64,000 nucleotides of DNA. Origin: Octopus vulgaris (Eukaryota). A program made the position numbers and the translations under genes. Each line of letters begins with the position of its first letter. Position 1 is the stretch's first letter. Shown in pieces: positions 1 through 11,407 of this stretch. The stretch is taken from positions 23,870,001-23,934,000 of the forward strand of contig OX597835.1 in the NCBI GenBank assembly GCA_951406725.2, written 5' to 3'. The notes beneath the pieces are model-generated. The model searched no databases and was not told the DNA's origin. It worked only from the letters and a program-made list of their open reading frames with translations.

Positions 1-257
1 GTGGATATTTTACATGCTCCGAAGACGACGTTCTTTATTTGATTTAAATGAAGGTCAGTATAAAATGTATTGAATTCCAGGAGAGAGATGTGTGTGTGTG
101 TTGTGTTTGTACTGTGTATTGTTATGATGTGTAGTTCTATGTATGCTGTGTTCTGTAACCTTATCAATTGTACAACCTCTGTCACTTCCTCCGAGCCCTT
201 AAGTATTTCCTTGTATTTAGCGGATGTTAACTGAACTATTGCTCATCCATTAGGCTG

Positions 258-975
258 GTAATATTTATTCCTACTTAAACATGGATGTTCTGTTGATACA
301 AACTTTACTGCAGTAGATATCATGAGAAAAACTCTATTGGCTTTTGGTGCAAAATGCATTCTTGTTTATGTCACCTCCAGCACTGAGATCACCAAATCGC
401 TTGGTTTCGACCTTCTTTGGTCTTGTTAATGATGGATGCCCATCCGCTAGAGATAGCAGCAAACCATCTCTCTGCCAGTGATATATAGAATAAAAGTGCC
501 AGAATAGGCACTGGCATCGTGATTAGCCAGTGAGCTTGTTAAAAAAATATATAGTAGTGACAGGGGCAGTATTAAAACTGAGAAGTAATATTTATCTCCA
601 CTTGAAAGTTGATGTTCTGTTAGAACAAACTATACTGCAGTAGATACCATGAGAGAGACTCTCATATTGGCTTTTGGTGCAAAGTGCATTCTTGTTTATA
701 TCACTAGTGGGAAGATAAATGCCCGTCTCCTCCAGTGCTGAGACTACCAAATCACTCGGTTCTGACCTTTGGTCTCGTCAATGATGGCTGCTCAGCTGCT
801 AGAGACAGCAGCAACTCATCTCCCTGCCAGTAATATATAGAATAACTGCGCCAGAACAGGCGCTGGTATCTTGATTAGTCAGTAGGGTTATTAAAAAATA
901 TTTATTAGCAACAGGGGCCGTATTAATACAGAGCAGTAATATTTATTCTCATTTAAATGTGGATCCTGGGCTACT
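258..975. repeat. Diverged tandem repeat, ~330-350 bp unit, about 2.1 copies
   Basis: gtaatatttat...tactgcagtagata...ttggcttttggtgcaaa recurs at 258 and 585, with a short partial third start at 936. Confidence 0.8.
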
Positions 976-994
976 GTGGATAAATATCAATTTA

Positions 995-1279
995 ATCACT
1001 GTGATCACCGTGACCGAACAGGCTATCAGATGTTGCTACACATCGCTGGTCACAATGTGCTTCGCATTGTTTTAGCCTTCAAATGACTCCACCCCGCTGG
1101 CTAAGCGAGCAGGCCAATAGAAGAAAGAGCGAAAGAGTACAGCAGGGATGCCCCCCCTCTGCCGGAGCCTTGTGGAGCTTTAGGTGCTTTTGCTCAATAA
1201 ACACAACGCCCAGTCTCGGAATTGAAACCACAATCCTACAACCGCGAGTCTGCTGCCCTAACCACTGGGCCATTGCGCC
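995..1279 (-). mobile_element. tRNA-derived SINE (tRNA-Arg-like head)
   Basis: On -: GGCGCAATGGCCCAGTGGTTAGGGCAGCAGACTCGCGGTTG...GGTTTCAATTCC (A and B boxes). A second head lies at ~32145-32263 and a matching tail at 44205-44315. Confidence 0.75.
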
Positions 1280-1544
1280 TCTACATCAATTTAATACACA
1301 TATAAAAGTAGCTACTAATAATTTCATGCTCGGAGATACATGGCGCATTTTATAAATATTCCTATTTAAAATATCATGAAAGTATGAAACTATTAGTCAT
1401 ATATACATACACTTTCACCATGGAAAAGTGGACGTTGACGATGATGATCATGATATATACACCATTCGAGTGTGATCGTTACCACGCCACCTTACTAGCA
1501 CTTCTGCTGGTGGCACATGAAATATTCGAGCGAGGTCGTCGCCA

Positions 1545-1790
1545 GTGCCACTGGACTGGCTCCTGCGCAGGTGCCACATAAAAAGCACCATTTGGGTGTG
1601 ACCATTGCCAGTACCACCAAACTGGCCCTCGTGCCGGTGGCACGTAAAAAGCACTCACTACACTCTCGGAGTGGTTGGCGTTAGGAAGGGCATCCAGCTG
1701 TAGAAACTGCCAGATCATATTGGAGTCTGGTTTGCCAGACCTCAGTCATGGAAAGCGGACGTTAAATGATGATGATAATGATGATGATAA
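1545..1790 (+). mobile_element. SINE family with RTE-type tail ending in (GAT)n
   Basis: ggcacgtaaaaagcac...gttggcgttaggaagggcatccagctgtagaaac...cggacgttaaatgatgat. Further copies at ~7087, 11928, 24190, 40725, 44345, 47460, 51345, 53980 and 61750. Confidence 0.8.
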
Positions 1791-2003
1791 ATGTACACAT
1801 TTTTTTCACTTCACTGTGGTTGTTCAAAGCCACTTATCGTGAAGGGTGTAGCAATCCCACCGTTCAATCTAGAAATTCATTTCCATGGAGGGCAGGATTT
1901 CGATACAGAGTGACACAAACGAATAACATTAAAACCATTTCTTTGATGCTCTACCAATTCTACCAATCCACTCTACAATGTCTGTATTTCTTTTCCATTT
2001 CAG

Positions 2004-2181
2004 TCGAATGGGACCAGTTTACATTCACCGGTCAACTTCTGATTGGAGGCTTCTTATTTCATTACCTGCCTCACTTTGTAACTGATCGCACCCTCTTCCT
2101 ACACCATTACCTGCCGGCCTTCCTCTTCCAGGTGATCACCTGTGCTGCTCTCTTCGACCACTTCATTCTCATATCTGCCAG
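2004..2181 (+). CDS. POMT1: POMT1 penultimate coding exon (dolichyl-phosphate-mannose-protein mannosyltransferase 1); the gene begins upstream of the window
   Basis: Translates EWDQFTFTGQLLIGGFLFHYLPHFVTDRTLFLHHYLPAFLFQV..., which matches the PMT C-terminal 'YLPFF..RTLFLHHYLPA' motif. Acceptor ttttccatttcag ends at 2003; donor AG|gtaaaa starts at 2182; the phase-2 end fits the next exon. Confidence 0.92.
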
Positions 2182-2469
2182 GTAAAACCAATTCTCTTTT
2201 CCAACTTTGTGTATGCCTTTTATCTTTTACTTGTTTCTCTCATTGGACAGCTGCCATGCTGGAGCAATACCTTCAAGGGTTTCTCAACCATTTTTTGTCT
2301 TTGGACCCTTTTGGTTCCTATTTTTATCTACTGGACCCCCAAACCCATTCAATGTTTAAAAAGGGTCCCATTATATTTTTGTAATTAAATAATATTAGTA
2401 ATTGTGTAGAAAAAAAATGTTAAAATATTTTGTATATTGTAGAAGCATAATCTATTTAATGTGTAACTG

Positions 2470-2990
2470 TGTAAAGGCACCTGTGCCACGTCACGTAAAA
2501 GCACTTGTGTGACGCCATGTAAAAGTGCCCATGAAGTGGCATGTGAAAGCATCTGTGTTGTGCTACATAAAAGCACCTGTGCCACGTCACATAAAAGCAC
2601 CTGTTCCACATCATATAAAAGCACCTGTGTGACGTCACACAAAAGCATGTACCACACCATATAAAAGCATTTGTGCAGCGCCATGTGAAAGCATTTGTGC
2701 CACCTCACATAAAAGCACCTGTGCTGCACCATGTAAAAATACCTGTGCCACATCAAATAAAAACACTTGTGTTGCACCACATAAAAGCACCTGTGCTGTG
2801 CCATGTAAGAGCACCTGTGTCACATCACATAAAAGCACCTGTGTCGCGCCACGTAATAAAACCTGTGCCACATCACATAAAAGCACCTGTGCCACGCAAT
2901 GTAAAAGCACCTGTATCACATCACATAAAAGCATTTGTGTGGTGCCATGTAAAAGTGCCTGTTTGGCGTCACATAGAACTGCCCATGTGA
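2470..2990. repeat. Degenerate ~24-bp minisatellite (cacataaaagcacctgtgccacgt)
   Basis: About 20 imperfect tandem units; produces the spurious VAQVLL/HIKAPV ORFs. Confidence 0.85.
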
Positions 2991-4289
2991 GGGGAAAAGG
3001 GAAGAGTAGAAAGTGTGATGTTGTTTAAGAACTCTTTGCCGTCTCTGACATTGTGGTGGTGAATCTCAGTTATTTGATGAGGATTTAGTGGTTCAGCCAA
3101 ATGACTTAACATGTAAGTGGCTGAGTATTCCATAGACATCTGTACCCGTAACCCTTTAACATTCACAATACTCTGTCAGAAGTAATGCTTATTTATTCTC
3201 ATTGCGTTGTATTAATCATGCATCATCTTGTAGCTTTGAGATATTGATGAGGTAACTTAATTTTTAGAATGGTATTCTAGGGTCGGTGTGAGAGGCCAGA
3301 TCTGGTCAGTTTGAACTTAAAACAGGTAGAATATTTCGGTTAGATAGAGCTCTACTCTTTCACCACAACTTTCTCTCACTCTTTCTTCCTGTTTTCCTTG
3401 TACCTGTATTTCAAAGGGGCCAGCCTTGTCACACTACATGTCATGCTGAATCTCCCCGAGAACTACTTTAAGGGTACATGTGTCTGTGGAGTACTCAGCC
3501 ACTTGCACATTAATTTCATGAGCAGGCTGTTCCGTTGATCGGATTAACTGGAACTCTCGTCGTTGTAACTGACGGAGTGTCATGACTATGGGAAATTATT
3601 GCCTCGCTTTACAAGTTTTCGCTTTATGAGCAAACTCCGGGGACGAATTATACATAAATTATATAAGTGTATGTGTAATTGTGCATGTGTATGAATATTT
3701 ATTAATGTATGTATAATATCTATGTGAGTATGTGTGTATATCTATCAAAGTAGCCTGGCAGGACCTATTCAACTTTGAAAACCCCTAGCGAACTTCAGGA
3801 AAATTTGAAAGGAATAATTGAAACCTCTATGATCGGAGTTTAGGCATTGTTTGTTTGCCCTAATTGTTGGGAACCATGGGTGCAAGCTCTCTTGCCATGA
3901 CATGGCAATGCCAACAAGAGAGAGAGGGACTTAGGTGTTGGGGGATTTCGATGGCCAGATGATGCGTTTAGGCGTTGTTAGTTTGCCGTTAGTTGTTGGG
4001 AACCAAAGGCGTAAGCTCTCTTACCACGACAAGGTCACGCCAACAAGAGAGTGGGACTTGGGTTTCAGAGGATTTCAGCTGCCAGACGATAATGAAAATT
4101 CAGCTGATGAGTCATATTGGATGTAAGGGAGACAATCAATTTCTGAAAGTTACTTCGCAAAGAGTTATCTCCCTTCTCCATGTCACTCGGGAACATAAGT
4201 AATGCTCCCAGTTTGGAGAAAATTAGTTTGTGAACTTCATAAGTTATGCGAGTTCACACACACACACACACAACCCCTGACTTTTATAT

Positions 4290-4715
4290 AAATAGAGGAG
4301 AGAGTGTGGATGTAAGTGGTGGATGTGAAGCAGCTCCTTGAAGATGAAAGGAAGGGTTTATCGGAGTTGCATGAGATCTGCAATGCTGTATGAGTGAGAC
4401 ATGGTGTCTGAGGGAAAGCGAAACGGCAGTTTTGAGACAGACCAAGAGAGCAGTGTTTGGTGTGAAAGTATTGGATGAAAGGAGGGTTGAGGACTTGATG
4501 GGGGACGCTGGGGCTGGAGGAATCTGTGGAACAGCCGGCAAGGGCGAATGAGGTGTAGTGATATGGACATGTGTTGAGGAGGGATGAGGATCATGTTTTG
4601 AGGAGAGTGCTTGAGTTTAAAGGGAATGAACTGCGAAAGCGAGGTCGACCAAATAAAACGTTGAGGGGTCAGGTGGAGGAGGAGATTGGTGGTGGGGTTG
4701 GCTTGAGGAGGGAGG
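4290..4715 (+). mobile_element. RTE-clade LINE 3' fragment (degenerate RT C-terminus)
   Basis: AMLY..ETWCL and YGHVLRRDEDHVLRRVLEF..KRGRP motifs, with frameshifts. Confidence 0.8.
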
Positions 4716-5504
4716 ATGGTTGTTTTGTAAATAAATCATCACATTTATTCTTTGAAATGATAGATCTATTAAATCCTTTAAAATGTTTTAGCCCGAAGGC
4801 TGCGGCCATGCTGGGGCACCACCGCTGAAAAATTTTTAAATTTATTTTTATTTTTTTATTTATTTAAAAATTAAAAAAAAATTTTTATATGTTAAATTTT
4901 TTTTGTGTGTTTAGTTTCACATTTAGAGTCGAGATTGAGCTACTTTCCCCTCTTCTCTCTTTCTCACTTTTTCTCCATCGACCTCTCTCCTCTATCTGCA
5001 TCTACAATTAGCAACAACGGTGAGCTCCTTTCCCTCCCCTCTCTCTCCTTCCATCATTCTCTATCAGCCTCGCCCCTATCCGCATCTACAGTTAGCGACG
5101 AGGGTGGACTCCTTTTCTCTCACCTCCTCCTCCTCGCCTATATCTGCAGGTACAGATGTGACTGGAAGCACATTTTTTTCGAAAGACTGTTTATTTTTAT
5201 GTGTGATTGTGGTGCATTGACTGAGACGGGATCTGTTTTTTTTTTTTTTTTTTTTAAATAAATATATGAAATGCGTTGAAATATAAGACACTGAAACTTA
5301 CCTGCGTCCATCACCTTTCCATGAAGTCGAATGAAGTGAGCCAAGAATTGAGCCGAAAGGCTGTCATGACGTCACAATAGACGATCTTATTTTCTTCTGG
5401 AATTCCCAAATGGCGTCATATTAGAATACTTTTACGATTTCATTTTCTTTCTCTCAAAAGTGGCGATTTGAGGTAATTTATATTGTTCTCAGTTGTAATA
5501 GAAA

Positions 5505-5866
5505 TCTTTATATATAAAAGTGAAGTTGTGTGTCTGTCTCCTACGATTTAGATTCCACATTTTGCGGTGCAGTTTAACCGAAACCAGATATCTTATAGTC
5601 GTGATTCATATCGAGCCCTTCTGGGTATTAGCGCGCGTCTACGATGAGTCTACGATTTTAAAAATAATTTACCATCATTTTTTCCATTTTAATGCATATT
5701 TTTTAAATATAAGGGAAGTAACTCTCTAAAAATGTCTACGACGAGTCAACGATTTAAAAAAAACATTTACCATAATTTTTTTTCCATTTTTTGGGCTATA
5801 ACTCTCTAAAAATGCTTTATAGTTATTTCCCTTACAAACCCGAGCAACGCCGGGCGATACTGCTAG
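5505..5866 (+). mobile_element. Non-autonomous Helitron
   Basis: Starts A|TC, has the 3' hairpin cccgagcaacgccggg, and ends CTAG|T with no TSD. A close copy lies at 23777-24172. Confidence 0.85.
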
Positions 5867-6451
5867 TAACATATACGACATTTGAAATTATGAAGGAACG
5901 GTTTCCGTTATAAATGAGGGTGTTTGGTGATCGAAAAAGTACGATCGCGAATACAAGCTGCCGAAATAGGTTTTCTGCGAGGGATCTCTGGAATAACCTT
6001 TCTCTTCAGTGTGCTTTGCTCGGAGAATCATGAAATCTCTCCAGGTTGAAACAGACTTCTTGGATTGAGAGCAAAAAAAAAAAAAAAGCTTCTTCTAAGT
6101 AAACAACTCTAGATCTGTTTTTAAAAAAGAAACCTACAAGTCCGTCTACGAATGCTTGTGAATCGGCGATCGCGTCTACAAGTTTAGTGCGAGTAAAAGT
6201 GATTCAGAAAACAACAATAATAATAATTTTTGTTATAAATGATCTTGACATTCTTTTTATTTTACATGAAATATTCTTTACAGTCTATTCTTGTTTTATT
6301 GCCATTTATTTATATGAGTATTATAAGTTTTATTACAATATTTTTCTGGGAACGAATTACGATTTATAACATTGCTACTATAGGAAATTATTGCTCATTT
6401 TACGAGCGGTCTCCGGGAACGAATTAACTCGGCAATCGAAGCATCACTGTA
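5867..6451 (+). mobile_element. Tigger/pogo (Tc1-mariner) remnant, right portion
   Basis: Ends gggaacgaattaactcggcaatcgaagcatcactg|TA, a Tigger-like TIR plus TA. 6088-6135 reads ASSK*TTLDLFLKKKP, a decayed C-terminal PIP-box-like motif. Confidence 0.6.
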
Positions 6452-7537
6452 ATATAGTGTCTTTTCATATCGCGTTAACCATAGTTTTAAGCAATTGCAG
6501 CGTGGAAGGTGTTTGTAAGCCATTTAAGAAACACACAAAAGCCGTTCGATTCACTTCAACATTTAAGTTTAATTTGTCAAAATATTTTCGTCGCTAAAAT
6601 CCGCGACTGACAAAAAGGGGGATAACTCTGACAATACTGCCATGATCGCAGTTCAGTTCAGCTTCTATGGACTTGTAAGGCGGCGAGCTGGCAGAAACGT
6701 TAGCATGCCGGGCGAAATGCTTAGCGGTATTTCGTCTGTCGTTACGTTCTGAGTTCAAATTCCGCCGAGATCGACTTTGCCTTTCGGGGTCGATAAATTA
6801 AGTACCAGTTACGCACTGGGGTCGATATAATCGATTTAATCCGTCTACTACATTGTCCATTCCTTATTCAAGACAGTAGCGTGTGGTCTGAAAGGCATTC
6901 AGCTACTGTTTTTAGCAGATTGAGTGACCCCAATCCACTTGGTTCTGGCTACAGTCCCACTGTGTGGCACTTTGGGCAAATGTCTTTTGCTATAGCTTCG
7001 GATTGATTTCAGAGCCTTGTGAGTAGATTTGGTAGACGGAAGCTGAAAGAGCTTGTCGTGTGTGTGTGTGTGTATATATATATATATCATCATTATCATC
7101 GTTTAACGTCCACTTCCCATGCTAGCATGGGTTGGACGGTTTGACCGGGGTCTGGGAAGCCAGGAGGTTGCACCAGGCCCAGTCTGATCTGGCAGTGTTT
7201 CTACAGCTGGATGCCCTTCCTATATATATATATATATATATATAAATAAAGATATAGGATTTATCTATTTGTTTTATGGTTCATTGGTTGGTATTTAGCA
7301 GAAAGTCTTTCCTGTTATAAGCATTCAAGCCATTTCTTTGCTCTGAGGTGTTCTTGAGTTCTTAATACATTGCTGTGCTGTTGTGTGCTTTCTTCTTCCC
7401 TCTTATCTTTTTTTCTAGTCTTAGAGACTTTTCAAAGAGTCAAAGATGCTGGCTTTCTCTGACTAAGCAATATCAATTTTTAAAAAATCCGTATGAAGGA
7501 AGAATGACAGTATGAAGGGGCTTGTGAAATATATTTT

Positions 7538-8156
7538 GTACCAAAAGGCAAAGTTTACATTTTACTAAACGTATTTTTCAGGCACTGAATACTGCAGTAT
7601 CAACCTGAAGAGGTCCTCTCATAAAGATGTATGGTGCTAAAAGCATAGAGATACACCATTGTAGACAAGAATCATCTGATATGGGTACCAGAACTGCTAG
7701 ATCACATAATTTCGGTGTACTGCACTTCTTCAGTGGTAGCTTCACATACCAGCCAAATCTTACTGTTAGTGATATGTAGAATAACTGTGGCAACACTATA
7801 TAGAGCAACAGTGGCTTTTCAGGCACTGGTATCGGAAATAGATTGCTTCCATCACCAATATTTATTATTTTTAATAAGCCTGCTGACTATCGGTAATTGA
7901 AAAACCACTGTTATTCTATATATCGTTGGCAGTGTGATTTGGTTGGTATGTGAGGCTGGATGCCTGCCACTGAGGAAGTGCAGTATGCTGAGATTATGGG
8001 ATCTGAAAGTTCTGGTGCCTGTACCAGATGATTCTCATCTGTTATGATATATGTCTGTGCTTTTAGCACTGTATATCTTTATGAAAGGATCTCTCAAGGT
8101 GTTCAGTACTCTAACAATGCAACCATTTTTAGTAACATAAGATTACCTTTTGGTAT
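7538..8156 (+). repeat. Long imperfect inverted repeat (fold-back) with arms ~7538-7790 and ~7904-8156
   Basis: Manual reverse-complement alignment; for example the rc of 7741-7790 matches 7905-7954 at 40/50 positions. Confidence 0.85.
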
Positions 8157-8419
8157 TGATCATGGTTCCATAGCTAATATCTATGTTGTTTTTACATTTA
8201 GACAAATAAGATCTGATATGTAAAGTTGAAGGGAGATATGAGGTCAATGTGTCTTTTATGCCTTTCTCAAAGACTGATATAAATTAGGTAGAATGGCCTA
8301 AAGTGGATATTGGCTACTTTTTATGAGAAACAGGTCACATGAGACATTGCTCATCATCAAACAGGCTACACTACTAAAAAAAATTCAAGGGCTACAATTT
8401 ACTTGTGAATGGCCTAAAA

Positions 8420-8688
8420 CAATGGTTCTTAATTGGGGTCCATAATAGTATTTTAAAGGCCCCTGAAAAATATTTTGCTTTAGATGTATGTGTTGGTATG
8501 TATCGCAAGAAACAGCTGGGTTTCTTTCTCTAACATTTTACATAATTCAACCTACACAAGTGAAAAAACAATAGGAATTTTGAAAGTTCCTACAAAACTA
8601 GTTTTTAAACATTGAATGGCTATGGGAGTCCACCAGAATAAAATAGTAATAAAAGGGGTCCATAGATAAATATGGTTGAGAACCCCTG
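8420..8688. mobile_element. hAT-like MITE (older family)
   Basis: Ends caatggttcttaa / ttgagaacccctg. Related pieces occur at ~2275-2460 and 54820-55105. Confidence 0.55.
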
Positions 8689-8879
8689 GTCTGAAGGAAG
8701 AATCAAAAACCAGTTCCACAATGGCTGACCAGCTTGTAAAGTGTAAATTAGAATGAAAGAATTTTTTTCCTATTTCCATCAATTGAATATTATTTCCATG
8801 ATGGCCTTTTTGATTGAAATGTTTAAATTACATTTTTTGCTTTATTTATTTATTTGTTTTTTTTTTTTTCTTCTTCCAG

Positions 8880-9063
8880 GTTTGTTCCTTACCTGAGCAG
8901 TTTTGTGAAATATCTTATCGTCCTCTTGGTACTTATAGCCCTGGGTGTTTTTCTTTATTTCTCTGCATTCTCCTATGGTAATATTCCCCTAACAGCCGCA
9001 GACATTCAACAGATGTCTTGGAAAGACAGTTGGGATTTTCTGGTGCGTGTTAAATTAAGATAA
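8880..9063 (+). CDS. POMT1: POMT1 terminal coding exon
   Basis: Long polypyrimidine tract with ccag ending at 8879. AG+G gives Arg, then FVPYLSSFVKYL...FSYGNIPLTAADIQQMSWKDSWDFLVRVKLR*. The WKDSWD ending matches the POMT1 C-terminus (human ...LRWKDSWDILIRKH). Stop TAA at 9061-9063. Confidence 0.92.
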
Positions 9064-10867
9064 AAACATTTATTTTCTTCAGATATCCCCCACTTCATCT
9101 TCATCACTTTTCTCCCCACCTCACAATTGTTACATCACCTGTGTTTCCATAGGTAATAATGAGAAGATAAGATGATGATGTCTTGATGTTCTGGTCACTT
9201 AAAACTTTAATCTCCATGCAACGAGTTTTTAATATGAACAAAGTAACAACCACAAGATTGTCAGTTGATATTTTAGTGTACTAATTTTCTGGTTTCCATG
9301 TCTTTTCGATCTAGTCTAACAGAATTTCATCTTCAGAAAATAATGTTCACTTTGTTTTAGAAATTGTAAGGTAAGGGAAATATTAGAAAATATTCTGACT
9401 CTAAAAACAATAAGCTGAAGGTTGGTTGAATGGATTAAGATGTTTGACTTCCAGTTCATAGGTCTCCAGTTTTAATCGATTGTAGTATTTTGTTATTAAT
9501 TCTATAGCCTATGTCCACCTAGCTGGTGAGAATAGGTACCAAATCACTGAAACAACAAAAGACACACCATATGACTGGAGCTAAATGCAGCTTCCAAAAA
9601 TCCATTTGATGCTCAAAAACCCCTTGATGCTACTGGAAGTATTTATCTTTCTATTTTTTGCCTGTGGAATTCATAAAATCATAATGTTCTGTGTTTGGGG
9701 TGTAAGTGTTCCCTTTAAACATGATAAAACAGTCTCAATATGTTATGGAGTGTATATTACTACATTATACTCCACAGATGAGTACATGCTTGTTTACTTC
9801 TCTAAATGTGCCCATGTGTGGCTCGCTAGTAGGAGTGGAAAGGCCCATTGTGCTCATGGCTGGAAAAGGTTGTAGTGCCTCTAGCTAAAAGGCTCTAGGT
9901 TTTAAACAAAACTGTGTCCAGGATATGAGCAAAGACTGTTTGACCAACTGAGCTTCTTGCAACACTTCCTGGCTCTAGTTTGTCTAGGAATTCTGCTACA
10001 TCAAATGCATAATATATAAGTGATGCTTGACCATAATGTAAATCCCCAGTTAAAGATATATCTATTTTAACTCATTAACATATTTGTTATTTCATTAACA
10101 TAAATTAAGTTAAAATTAACATAAAATATTTCTCTCCACAGTAACGAGTGACTGTTATAGTTTGTTACTATGAAATTAATAATTCCATTTCTTTCGAGTA
10201 AAAACAAATCTCAAATTTTAATTGCCTGAGAAGAATTATGAATATGATTTAATTATTCAAAGTACTAATTGCATGATGCTTTTTTAAAATTTATTAAAAT
10301 ATTTAAATTTATTAAACATCCAGTGGTGGTGCCCCAGCATGGCCGCGGCCTTCGGGCTAAAACATTTTTAAGGATTTATCCCATATTAAAATATTTTCCA
10401 TTTCCAAAGACGAGGTTAATCACCTGATTAATTACAATCATATAAATCTAGTTTAATTTGTGTTTTTAATGATTTCTTTTGATTGACTAAAGCATTTAAA
10501 ACTTTCTTTAGTCATTTTTTAACATTTTATTTGTTGGTAGGGTTGACAGCATTGCTGAAAGTCATGTTTGACTTGTTGAGGTTTTACTTTTCTCTGATTT
10601 AAAACCTTGCTGTCGTATTATAAAACTATTTACGAAGGACGATATAGTCTCCCTACATCCAGCAGATCTCAACAGTTTCAATTCAAGGAACTTGTGGTGG
10701 AGTAAGGCTTAATCGACAAAGATTAGCCAAATCTTGAATCCTTAGAGATTAACTAAAATTAATTTATAGGGTGGAAACTCAACTCTTATCCTAATTCATC
10801 AGAAGCACCAAGAACAACTTGACTGTCGTTATAATCTAGTGTCTTGGAGGCGAGTTGAACGGTGTCT

Positions 10868-11240
10868 GTGTACGATGGCCTAATGGTGACATAAAAGTGT
10901 ATGGTGGCCTAATAGCGACATAAAAGTGTATGGTGGCCTAATAGCGACATAAAAGTGTATGGTGGCCTAATAGCGACATAAAAGTGTATGGTGGCCTAAT
11001 AGCGACATAAAAGTGTATGGTGGCCTAATAGCGACATAAAAGTGTATGGTGGCCTAATAGCGACATAAAAGTGTATGGTGGCCTAATAGCGACATAAAAG
11101 TGTATGGTGGCCTAATAGCGAAATAAAAGTGTATGGTGGCCTAATAGCGACATAAAAGTGTATGGTGGCCTAATAGCGACATAAAAGTGTATGGTGGCCT
11201 AATAGCGACATAAAAGTGTATGGTGGCCTAATATCGACAT
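10868..11240. repeat. Near-perfect 29-bp tandem array, about 12.9 copies (gtgtatggtggcctaatagcgacataaaa)
   Basis: Direct count: units start at 10868+29n up to 11216; internal units are identical except for one C>A change. Confidence 0.95.
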
Positions 11241-11401
11241 CATGTAACCAATCATTCTCTCATTTTTACAATCTAGTCATTTACATACTATGGAAGCACA
11301 GTTGTTTACATTCTGGCGAGACACTTGCCTATAACATGGAGACATGCTGACAAGAGTTCATTCTCTATCACTGTCACATATATTTTTGTTGTATAAAGTG
11401 C

Positions 11402-11407
11402 AATAAA
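11402..11407 (+). terminator. Candidate POMT1 polyadenylation signal AATAAA
   Basis: AATAAA followed by T-rich sequence ~2.3 kb after the stop. Other AATAAA hexamers exist, so this is weak. Confidence 0.25.

Noticed and set aside
2004-9063. Assignment of the mannosyltransferase exons to POMT2
   Set aside because: The WKDSWD+LVR ending fits POMT1 better than the POMT2 W..SWDF* ending.
10868-11240. 29-bp repeats resembling a CRISPR array
   Set aside because: The units are contiguous with no spacers, there are no cas genes, and the context is eukaryotic.
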